A stretch of DNA of 64,000 nt from Podarcis muralis. Lineage: Eukaryota. This document shows, piece by piece, positions 48,617 to 59,304 of this stretch. The DNA is taken from NCBI RefSeq assembly GCF_964188315.1, contig NC_135666.1, forward strand, positions 1,674,001-1,738,000, given 5' to 3'. The notes under the pieces are model-generated. The model was given only the letters and a program-made list of their open reading frames with translations, did not search any database and was not told the DNA's origin. The position numbers were made by a program, and so were the translations under genes. Each line of letters opens with the position of its first letter. Within the stretch, counting starts at the first letter, position 1.

Positions 48617-49938
48617 AAAAAGCGTGAAGACAGGACAAATAACTCCCCCCCCCCAAAAAAAACCTAGGTCTCCGCCAACAAATGTGTGAGACTAGCTCCC
48701 CTAAATCTAAAAGATGGATCAAACTGCGCACGCCGCTGCCCTGCAAACTCTGATAAGCTCCTCCCACAGCTAATCACCTACCTCAACAGAAGCCCTGCCC
48801 CCTCTGACCTTTGCACAGAGAGAGCAGCTAATCAGCCACAAGTAACACACACAAGAAAACCCTTTTTTGCACCTTCTTCAGCTGCTGCCCTGCAAGCTCT
48901 CAGTGCAACCACTTGCAGTCTGGACCTTTGTCGCTCTTGGATGAAAATAAATAGCAGGGAGGAGGCAGCTGGCTGAGCCAGGGAGGTGGTCAGTGCCTCC
49001 CTGCATGAGTGGGTGGTCCCTTCCTGCTTGGAGGAGGCAGGGTTAGAATCAACCACTTCTCAAGAAACCCTCCCTGCATTTGGGAAATCTAAGTAACTGC
49101 AGGCAACTTGCCAGCCTCCCCTTATTGGGCAAGGTTCTTGAGAGGTTCATAACGGACCACCAGATCCAGGCGTTCCTGGAGGAAATTGATTTCCTAGATC
49201 TGGTTTAGGCCCAGTTTTGAACATGTGTATCTGGGCCTCAGAACAAAGACAAAGTAGTATGCCTTGAGAACGTTGCAGATTTCAAGTTCTAGAAAAAGTG
49301 ACTGAAGCAGGAAAGAAATGTGCACTGGAGTGGGAGGGAGAGCAACTCTTGAGGACCCCAGGGTTAGCACCCCAAGTCTAGCCCAGTGTCCAAATTACAC
49401 TCGGTACAAATGAGTCCTCAATCGCAGTTCCAATGGCATACATTCACTGAAAACACTGAAAGGCAGAAGAAACCAGGCCTTTCATCTCACAGAAATCCCT
49501 TCAACTGCCTGCAAATCTTGCATGATCACATTCCTCTTGGCAGGTCTAGAACAAGCATCCCCAAACTCTGCCTTCCAGATATTTTGGGACTACAATTTCC
49601 GTCATCCCTGACCACTGGTCCAGTTAACTAGGGGTGATGGGAGTTGTAGTCCCAAAACATCTGGAGGGCCGAGTTTGGGGATGCCTGGTCTACAGGCTTG
49701 CTTCTCCTCCTTCCTTTTTTTGTTAAAGAAAGTCCAGAGTCTGTGCTGTGGTACAGTCCAGTCCTGGTTCGTAGCAAGACTCAGCCATGCTTAATTCAGG
49801 GAACATTTTTATTCTCCTGACTGTGGAGAATAAATTTTATAATGGAACAATCTGTTTGCTTTGTAGAAGTTGCTAGCCCCTGTTGGCAGAAGACCAAGGG
49901 ATTCGTTCCGATCTCTTGGAAGCTTCCTGAGAGCCCAG

Positions 49939-50728
49939 ATGGATGAGCAAGACTCAGCTGGCCCAGAAGCAGGAAGAGGTTATGCTATCCAAACTAGGAG
50001 CAGCGGGGGATTCTGGGAAAACACTGTGAAGAAGATCCTGGGTGAGGAGGACACCCTCCACTCAGATGTGCAGAGCCAGCAGTTGAGGCAGTTCTGCTTC
50101 CAGGAGGCCAAAGGACCCCAAGAAGTTTGCAGCCGACTCCACCACCTTTACCGTCAGTGGCTGAAGCCAGAAAGGCACACGAAAGCTGAAATGCTGGACC
50201 TGGTGATCTTGGAGCAGTTCTTGGCTGTCCTTCCGCCAGAGATGGAGATTTGGGTGCGGGAATGTGGAGCGGAGACCAGTTCCCAGGCGGTGGCCCTGGC
50301 CGAAGGATTCCTCCTGAGTCAGGCAGAGGAGAGGAGGCAGGTGAGAGAGACTGGATATTCCCAAGGGGCTCCAAACAGGAGGGAGAGTTCCCCCAAACTC
50401 TCTTCTAATGGCCCATCTATTTTTGGAAAGCATTAAGTGAATGGTATTAGATACCCCTAAAGCTTCCCCCTCAGCCATTCCTTTTCCAGTCCTTCTTCCC
50501 GTTCTCTGTTTTGAATCCCTGTTTCTCTTTCAGGGAAAGGATCTGTTTGCAAATTTGATCAGGATGCACTTGAGTCCATCATCCAAGTCGTTGATAAAGA
50601 TGTTGAATAAGACCGGGCCCAAGACAGAACCCTGTGGCACCCCACTAGTCACTCTTCTTACCAGAGCAAAACAGCAGCCAGTAGGCTTGGTCTTTATTGC
50701 AACAGGACTCCCACCTGCCACCAGGTGA
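49939..50728 (+). pseudogene. SCAN-only remnant G: intact SCAN exon 49939-50340; exon 2 (from 50534) fused to CR1 and LTR sequence; no KRAB or ZNF exons
   Basis: Complete SCAN domain and donor at 50341; exon 2 start GKDLFA runs into a CR1 piece at ~50548 and stays open to TGA at 50728. Confidence 0.75.
50548..50658 (-). mobile_element. 111-bp CR1 RT fragment, near-identical to 45433-45543
   Basis: One mismatch seen (gatgccctt vs gatgcactt); joined to exon 2 through TGCA microhomology. Confidence 0.85.
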
Positions 50729-51157
50729 AACAAGATGGAAACCCCGAACAAAAGAGAACCCAAACTTTTATTAGATGCTAATCCCCCATGCTACACCCCT
50801 AAGACTACATCACTCATACATCATGGTTACATCATGAAAGGGGAGGTCTGGTGGCAGGAATCTGAGCATCCTGGACCCTGCCCCATGGTTCCCCCTGCCC
50901 TCCACCAAACACCTGTCAAGTGTAACAAAAAAGATATTTACATTTCCCTGTTTCCCAGCCAAGTTCATCCCACCCTTTTGTCTTAATCTGGGTTTATTTC
51001 TGGAAGGGCTACCTGCCTGGCACTCAGGTATCAGGATGCCAGGGATTATCACTCAGGCAGAGGGGCTGCTGAGGAGCTGAGCTCACAGGTCTAGATGAAT
51101 TTCTGAAGTTTTCCCAGTGAGCCAGTTCATAGAAACATTTATCAGCGAATTGTTACA
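50659..51157 (-). mobile_element. Remainder of the split LTR (right end uncertain)
   Basis: gagcaaaacagcagccagtaggcttggtctttattg aligns with 24735-24770; the right end is placed tentatively at tgttaca and no TSD was found. Confidence 0.55.
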
Positions 51158-51419
51158 TTTGGTATCCTGCAGCAAAGGCCCTTTGAAGAGACAGGAAAAA
51201 ACTGTGATGACATGTTTTGTGGGGACAAATCACAAATGTCACAAAAGTGATTGTGCTGATTTTGGTAGTGGGCTGCATGTGCCTGATATCTGCTGGAGGG
51301 GCAACACCCCCCCCCCCAACCTATACAATATTCCTTCTGCAATATTCCTTCTGTACTTAAAGAAAGCTCAGAATCCGGACTGTGGTGGAGTCCAGGCTTG
51401 GTTCCTAGCAAGACTCCAA

Positions 51420-51560
51420 GAGCCGGTTGCAAGCTTCTCATGGTCCTTTGGCCTCCAGGTAGCAGAACTGCCTGAGCTGCAGGATCTTCATATCTGAGCT
51501 GCAGGTGTTTATCCCTTGGAAGCCTCCATAAGACCGGAGGAAGCCCTTCTGTCCTCTGCC
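51420..51560 (-). pseudogene. Internally deleted SCAN fragment
   Basis: SDMKILQLRQFCYLEAKGP* corresponds to [20 protein letters not shown]. Confidence 0.7.
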
Positions 51561-51589
51561 AACTTCTGTCCCCCTCCCGCAAAAGAAAA

Positions 51590-52400
51590 CCTCTCTGGGC
51601 GGGTGCAAAGGGCGGGGCTCCTCCCCATTCATCATTTCTAGAGGGGGGGCTGAGCTCGGGGCGCTCCGCTTTGCAAGGGTCGCAGGGAACTGAGCTGGAC
51701 TCCCAGAGAGTAGAGGAAAGGAAGGAGGGGGTGGGACCAGGTCCCCCCGCCCAGCAAAGGCCCCTCCCCCTCCCTCCCGTCATTTCCTGCAAGCGTGGGA
51801 AGCGGGGGGAGGTTTCGCCCGCCTCTCGCCCCGTGTAAGGGGCGCCTCCCGGGATGCGGTGAGCCTCCTCTCTCCCCCCCCCCCCGGGAGAAAGGGGTCC
51901 CAGGGCTGCAGCGGGAGGGTGCATGGAGGGGGGGTCCGGGAGAGGAGGGTCCTGCCCCCCTCCTTCCTCTGCACAGCCCGGGAGGGGGCGAGCTTGCCAG
52001 GGTGGTCTCCCTTGGGATGCTGAGGAAAGGCAGGCAAAGAAGCCCCTTTCAGGTTAGGGAAAGATGGGCAGAGATGGCAGCCAGGGGGAAACATTCTGAG
52101 CAGCTCCCCTTCCCAGACTTCTGGGTCCTGGAAACACCTGTCTGTGGGGTCAGAGGCCTTGGGAAAGAGGGGCGGGTGCCGGGGGGGGGGGCCTGTGGGG
52201 AGGGTATGCCCCAGCCCAGGAACTCCCACCAGGATGCCCTTTCTGGGGCCACCCTGCTCCCCCAAATACAAGAGGACCCCCCCCCTCTGCCAGCCTCCCC
52301 ACCCCAGAGGGACTGTAGGGAAGGAGGCGCTTCTTCAGATATGTCGGGGGTCTAAGTGAACCCTCAGGGGAGACCCTTCAATAGAATGGACAACCATTGC
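51590..52400 (+). promoter_or_regulatory. GC-rich promoter/non-coding exon 1 of gene H (donor GT at 51859)
   Basis: Inverted paralog of ~12370-13110; ggcgcctcccgggatgcg|gtgagcc. Confidence 0.6.
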
Positions 52401-52421
52401 AGCTCTTTTAAAACCGGAATA

Positions 52422-52637
52422 CAGTGGTACCTCAGGTTACATACGCTTCAGGTTACAGACTCCACTAACCCAGAAATAATACCTCAGGTTAAGAACTTTT
52501 CTTCAGGATCAGAACAGAAATCATGCTCCGGCGGTGCGGCAGCAGCAGGAGGCCCCATTGGCTAAAGTGGTGCTTCAGGTTAAGAACAGTTTCAGGAGGT
52601 CCGGAACGAATTAAGTACTTAACCCAAGGTACCACTG
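52422..52637. mobile_element. Tc1/mariner-type MITE (duplicated with the arm; paralog of 12101-12316)
   Basis: TA-cagtggtacctcaggtta...taacccaaggtaccactg-TA. Confidence 0.85.
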
Positions 52638-52979
52638 TATTGGGATGTGATATACTGTATTATGATGTTTACACAGTATAATATACATCATAATATACTG
52701 TATTCTGATGTTGAAAAGCAGGCATCGTCCAGCCCTAAAAAAGATGCCAGACTCATTAGAAAAGGTACTTGTTGATGCCGTCAATATTATTTTTTTAAAA
52801 ACACCTTGAACTTTGAATTATAGGATTTTAATAAAATAATAATGATAACAATATAAATTTTATACAAAAAAGACGTATTCCTTTGTAGGATTTGCTAGCC
52901 GCTTTAATAAGGACAGACAGAACTTAGCAGAAGGCCAAGGGGTTCCTTCTGATATCTTGGAGGCTTCCTGAGAACACAG

Positions 52980-55900
52980 ATGGATGAGCAAGACTCAGCT
53001 GGCCCAGAAGCAGGAAGGGGCCATGCCATCAACACTGGGAGCAGTGAGGGATTCTGGGAAAGCTCTGTGAAGAAGATCCTGGGTGAGGAGGACACCCTCC
53101 ACTCTGATATGAAGAGCCAGCAGTTCAGGCAGTTCTGCTACCAGGAGGCCAAAGGACCCCGAGAAGTTTGCAGCCAACTCCACCACCTTTGCCATCAGTG
53201 GCTGAAGCCAGAAAGGCACACGAAAGCTGAGATGCTGGACCTGGTGATCTTGGAGCAGTTCCTGGCTGTCCTTCCACTGGAGATGGAGAGCTGGGTGAGG
53301 GAATGTGGAGCGGAGACCAGTTCCCAGGCGGTGGCCCTGGCCGAAGGATTCCTCCTCAGTCAGGCAGAGGAGAGGAAGCAGGCAGAGCAGCAGGTGAGAG
53401 AGACTGTCCTCTGGATATTCCCAAGGGGCTCTGAACAGGAGGGAGAGTATCCTGAAATCCTCTACTAAGCTTTTGGAAAGCATCCCCAAATGGTTTTCCC
53501 TTTGCCATTCCTTTTCTAATATTTCTCTCCATCCTCTGTTCTGAATCCTTGTTGCTCTTTCAGGGAAAGATTATCTTTGCAGAAATGGGCCTGGATTCCT
53601 CTGAGGCAGAGAAGACTCTGTTGGTCAGGAAAGACAGGCCAATAGGTAAGGAGGAAGGAGCATTTTCTCCCTTTGGTTGCATTTTATGGATTTAGGAACT
53701 CATCTGTGGGTTCTTTTCATCTTTTGAGGGAAGACACTTGGGGCCAAGAGAAGGCCCTCTGCCTGGTTCTCTGTAGCTTTACTCCTCGCAGTGAGGGAAC
53801 TGTCAGAAGGCCCTTGGAGCTGGACCTCAGTGTCCGGGCTGAACAATTGGTGTGGAGACGCTCCTTCAGGTCTACAGGGCTGAGGCTGTTTAGGGCTTCA
53901 AAGGTCAATACAGTGGTACCCCGCAAGACGAATGCCTCGCAAGACGGAAAACCCGCAAGACGAAAGGGTTTTCTGTTTCGGAGGCGCTTCGCAAGACGAA
54001 TTTCCCTATGGGCTTGCTTCGCAAGACGAAAGCCCATAGGGAAATCTCCGGGGACCTGTTTTAAATTGCTGGCGGTCGGGAGCAAAGACTTTCGCCCACA
54101 GCCGGCCTTCAGAAGAGGTCCTGGACCTCTTCTGAAGGCCGGCGGGGGGCAAAAGTCTTTGCTCCCCCCCGCCTGCCTTCCCAGGACAGCGGAGACTTCT
54201 CCGCTGCCCCGGGCGATCTTAAAATGCTGGCGGGCGGGAGCGAAGCGTTCGCTGCCGACCCCCAGCATTTTAAAATCTCCCCGGGACAGCAGAGAAGTCC
54301 CACCCCGCTCTGGATGCCAGCGCAGAGCTGTCTGCCGTCCCGGGATCAGCGCAGCTCTGCGCGGCCATCGGGAGCCGGGGCGAAGCCCGCCCCGCTCCAG
54401 ATGGCCGCGCAAAGCTGCCTGCAGTCCCGGGACTGCAGGCAGATCTGCGCCACCATCCCGAGCGGGGCGCTAAGTCCCGCCCCGCTCGGGATGGCGGCGC
54501 AGAGCTGTCTGCCATCCCGGGACTGCAGGCAGATGTGTGCCGCCATCCCGAGCGGGGCGCTAAGTCCCGCCCCGCTCTGGATGCCGGCGCAGAGCTGTCT
54601 GCCATCCCGGGACTGCAGGCAGATGTGTGCCGCCATCCCGAGCGGGGCGCTAAGTCCCGCCCCGCTCTGGATGCCGGCGCAGAGCTGTCTGCCATCCCGG
54701 GACTGCAGGCAGATGTGTGCCGCCATCCCGAGCGGGGCGCTAAGCCCCGCCCCGCTCTGGATGCCGGCGCAGAGCTGTCTGCCATCCCGGGACTGCAGGC
54801 AGATGTGTGCCGCCATCCCGAGCGGGGCGCTAAGTCCCGCCCCGCTCGGGATGGCGGCGCAGAGCTGTCTGCCATCCCGGGACTGCAGGCAGATCTGCGC
54901 CACCATCCCGAGCGGGGCACTAAGTCCCGCCCCGCTCGGGATGGCGGCGCAGAGCTGTCTGCCATCCCGGGACTGCAGGCAGATCTGCGCCATCATCCCG
55001 AGCGGGGCGCTAAGTCCCGCCCCGCTCGGGATGGCGGCGCAGAGCTGTCTGCCATCCCGGGATCAGCGCAGCTCTGCGCGGCCATCGGGAGCCGGGGGCG
55101 AAGCCCGCCCCGCTACAGATGGCCGCGCAAAGCTGCCTGCAGTCCCGGGACTGCAGGCAGATGTGTGCCGCCATCCCGAGCGGGGCGCTAAGTCCCGCCC
55201 CGCTCTGGATGCCGGCGCAGAGCTGTCTGCCATCCCGGGACTGCAGGCAGATGTGTGCCGCCATCCCGAGCGGGGCGCTAAGTCCCGCCCCGCTCTGGAT
55301 GCCGGCGCAGAGCTGTCTGCCATCCCGGGACTGCAGGCAGATGTGTGCCGCCACCCCGAGCGGGGCGCTAAGTCCCGCCCCGCTCTGGATGCCGGCGCAG
55401 AGCTGTCTGCCATCCCGGGACTGCAGGCAGATGTGTGCCGCCATCCCGAGCGGGGCGCTAAGTCCCGCCCCGCTCGGGATGGCGGCGCAGAGCTGTCTGC
55501 CATCCCGGGACTGCAGGCAGATCTGCGCCACCATCCCGAGCGGGGCGCTAAGTCCCGCCCCGCTCGGGATGGCGGCGCAGAGCTGTCTGCCATCCCGGGA
55601 CTGCAGGCAGATCTGTGCCGCCATCCCGAGCGGGGCGCTAAGTCCCGCCCCGCTCTGGATGCCAGCGCAGAGCTGTCTGCCGTCCCGGGACTGCAGGCAG
55701 ATCTGTGCCGCCATCCCGAGCGGGGCGCCAAGTCCCGCCCCGCTCTGGATGCCGGCGCAGAGCTGTCTGCCATCCCGGGACTGCAGGCAGACGTGTGCCG
55801 CCATCCCGAGCGGGGCGCTAAGTCCCGCCCCGCTCTGGATGGCGGTGCAGATCTGCCTGCCGTCCCGGGATCAGCGAAGCGTTCGCTGCTGACCCCCAGC

Positions 55901-58900
55901 ATTTTAAAATCTCCCCGTGTCCCGGTGAGATTTTAAAATGCTGGGGGTCGGCAGCGAAGCCCTTGTTCCCCCCCAGCCCCCCCAGCCTTCAGAAGCCCTT
56001 GTTCCCCCCCCCCCCAGCCTTCAGAAGAGGTCGGGGGACAGACTGTCCCCGGACCTGGTCTGAAGGCGGTTTCCCTAGGAACGCATTAATTGATTTTCAA
56101 TGCATTCCTATGGGAAACCGTGCTTCGCAAGACGAAAAACTCGCAAGAAGAAAAAACTTGCGGAACGAATTAATTTCGTCTTGCGAGGCACCACTGTACC
56201 AACATGTTGAATTGTTCTCGGAAACATACTAGGAGCCAGTGTAGGTCTTTCAGGACCAGTGTTATATGGTCCCAGCAGCTGCTCCCAGTCACCAGCCTGG
56301 TAGCCTCCTTCTGGCTTAGTTTCTGAGTCCCCTTCAAAGGTAGCCGCGCATAGAGTGCCCCATCTGTAGTTAGAGGTGCATTGCTTCACCTCGAAGAAAA
56401 GCATGTGCTAATGGCCACTTCCCTTTGCCTCTCACAGGTGACAGAATGATGCTGCCAAGACTTCTTCTTCCATCTTTGCATGAAGGCAGAGGAGAAGCAG
56501 CAGCTCTGGAACCAGATCAGGTAGGGAGACGGAGCATAGCGGGCAAAGAGGCTCCTGCTCTTGACTTTGTAGGATATGAAACCCAAGAGCAGTCAAGTAC
56601 ACGATTCCTAGAGTGAACATGTTTACACATGGGGAGGAATGTTTGTCCAGCCAGCAGGTAAACTTCCTGTTTCCTTCTGAGCTGGGACAGACTTCCTCTG
56701 CATGTGACTAGAGGTGGGCGTGGCCTCACCTGTGCAGGTAATGACAAAAGCACAGGGCAGGGCAGCCATCTCTCTCTCTTTGACTACCTGCATCGAAGAA
56801 ACAACGTCTTCTTAGCCAAAGATGCTCTCTTGGCAAGAGAGGACAGAGGGATTGTCTCCTTATGAGATAGTTTCCAGGTATATGTTACTTTTCTAAGCTA
56901 AGTCTGCCTTCTGGGATCTGAATGTGAGCAAACTCTTTTTTATACTTTTGTAGAAGACTGTGTCATGTCTTATCTTTTATGAGGGAATAAGGGGAAAATA
57001 CCAGAACAGTTATTATAGAGGCTTTAGCGAGCCTGAGCAAAACGGGTCCTCTGCAAAGTTTAAAAATAAGGGAAATGTTAACACAAGTTAGATAAGGATA
57101 TAATCAGACAATATATCCTTTCCTGCATCCCTGAACAGACTTCTGTCAAAATTGTCCTTAACAAAGGCTGTAAAGGCTACTCCAGAAGGTTAAGTTCAGA
57201 GAATGATTAACAACCACCTCATGTTCACTAGCCTTCTGAATGATGCTAGTATTATCTATCAGTAGCTTCAGTTTTATATACCAATTTAACATTTAATACT
57301 AAGATAGGCTTCTCAACAGCTGACAAACCATAAAAAAGAGGGGCCAGAATTCACCTCATGAGTCCCATCAGTTACACTATAGGGCTTTCCCCCTCCTTCC
57401 CCTCCCTGTGACCCCCTGCACCCCTGAAGTTGGCTGTAGGACATGGCGAAGGTTTCCCCCTCCAGAACAGTAGACGGGGAGAGGAAAGGGGGGAATGTTG
57501 AGCAGAGAGAATGATCTGAAAAACACCAGGTGGAGTTCCACCCATTTACACAAAGATGAATACCCATCAATAAAATACACAATAAAACAATTCCATTAAG
57601 AGGTTAAAACGTACACCCATAATTAAAATGTACAGCCAAACAATCCCATTAAAACCATAGGGCAACAAACAGACACAAAACAACAAAACAATGTGTAGAA
57701 GATTATATTTCTGCTGTCTGAGAGCAAGACTTTTCTTCTTTTAGGGCCTAGTATGCTTTGAAGATATAGCTGTTCATTTCACAGACGAGGAGTGGGCATT
57801 GCTGGATCCTGACCAGAGAGCTCTGCATAAGGAAGTCATGGAGGAGAATGGTGGGATCATGAACTCTCTCAGTAAGGCTCCCTGTTGGATCATGATATCT
57901 CTTTCGGAATTTAAGATCCCTTGGGAAGAATCTGGGAGAGGAGGAGACTTAGTCAGTTGTGGGAAGGCAGGGCCTTCAGTCCCCACAACTGGCTCATAGG
58001 GGCCAGACCCAGAGGGAAGTATTGCTGTGCTCACTAGGCCTGACACTTCTGAGCAGACACTTCTGTTGCTTCTCATAAAGAGTTAACTTCACTTACTCCT
58101 TGTGATTTATTGCTGCCCCACTCCTGACACTCAGGTTCCCATACATATGTTCATTGATGCCTGTCAACAAAAGCAGTGAAGCCTGTTGTAAGGCCTTACT
58201 TTTAATTCCCTTCAGTTCTTCCTGTGTCCCAAGCATTAATTAGCAAAGTTCAATAACTGAGGGCTGCGTTTCTCCCTGAGGCTGTCATCCGTTTCTTTCT
58301 TTGTTGCAGATGGTGATGAATTGGAGATTAAGAACCAGGGAGACCATGACCATGTCTACACCATGGAGAAGCAATGTAAATATTCTGAGTGTAGAGAGAA
58401 CTTCAGTCAAAGCTCCCTCCGAAGAAATCCATTGGGGAAGAAATCCTATCAATGCCTGAAATGTGGGAAGAGCTTCACCTGGAAAAAAGATCTCACTTCC
58501 CATCAAAGAATTCATACAGGGGAGAAACCATATCAGTGCTTGGAATGTGGGAAGAGTTTCACCTGGAAGGAAAGTCTCACTTCCCATCAAATAATTCATA
58601 CAGGGAAGAAACCATATCAGTGCTTGGAATGTGGGAAGAGTTTCACCTGGAAGGAAAGTCTCACTTCCCATCAAATAATTCATACAGGGGAGAAACCATA
58701 TCAGTGTATGGAATGTGGGAAGAACTTCGCCTGGAAGAAAAGTTTCACAGCCCATCAACAGATTCATACAGGGGAGAAGCCATATCAGTGCATGGAATGT
58801 GGGAAGAGCTTTACCCAGAAAAAAAGTTTGAAAGCTCATCAAAGAATTCATACAGGGGAGAAACCATATCAGTGTTTGGAATGTGGACAGAGCTTCGCCT

Positions 58901-59304
58901 GGAAGAAAAGTTTAATAGACCATCAATGGATTCATACAGGGGAGAAGCCATATCAGTGTTTGGAATGTGGGAAGAGTTTCAGTTGGAAAGATGGTCTCAC
59001 TTCCCATGAAAGAATTCATACAGTGGAAAAATCATATACGTGTTTAGAATGTGGGAAGAGTTTCAGTCAGAAAAAGAGTCTCATGGCCCATCAAAGAATT
59101 CATACAGGGGAGAAACCATATCAGTGCTTGGAATGTGGGAAGAGCTTCAATCGGAAGTTCAATCTCACAGTCCATGAAAGAATTCATACAGGAGAGAAAC
59201 CATATCAATGCTTGGAATGTGGACAGAGCTTCAGTCAGAAGACCAGTCTCATAGGCCATCAAAGACGTCACAGTGGGGAGAAACCAAACAATGGCCGTAT
59301 ATGA
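52980..59304 (+). CDS. Gene H: SCAN-KRAB-C2H2 zinc-finger protein, predicted 566 aa, 10 fingers; exons 52980-53393, 53564-53645, 56438-56520, 57745-57871 (KRAB-A), 58310-59304
   Basis: GT-AG junctions in phase (414+82+83+127+995=1701 nt); closest paralog of gene A. Confidence 0.88.
53911..56196. mobile_element. Large non-autonomous Tc1/mariner-type element (2286 bp) with an internal minisatellite
   Basis: TIRs cagtggtaccccgcaagacgaa...ttcgtcttgcgaggcaccactg, TA duplication; the empty site aaaggtcag-TA-ccaacatg is present in the gene A arm (~10860-10880). Confidence 0.88.
54295..55870. repeat. CpG-rich 90-bp minisatellite: 15 canonical units (7+8) plus variant units, each with an internal ~21-bp stem
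   Basis: gggactgcagg recurs at 54429+90n (7 times) and 55147+90n (8 times); gccgccatcccgagcggggcg / cgccccgctcgggatggcggc are reverse complements. Confidence 0.92.

Larger units (their letters stand above)
44564..48900 (-). mobile_element. Near full-length CR1 LINE (~4.3 kb), ORF1 intact, ORF2 disabled
   Basis: (ATTCTATG)n 3' tail on the minus strand at 44564; ORF2 and ORF1 in tandem; 5' UTR extends to ~48900, where homology to gene E intron 1 resumes. Confidence 0.9.

Noticed and set aside
54295-55870. CRISPR-like array of palindromic repeats
   Set aside because: The units are contiguous 90-bp tandem repeats with no unique spacers, there are no cas genes, and the context is a vertebrate intron inside a TIR element.
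54224-55936. 570-aa ORF and the other long ORFs across the minisatellite
   Set aside because: Artefact of a stop-poor, GC-rich 90-bp unit (a multiple of 3) that is open in several frames on both strands; intronic and without a recognisable domain.
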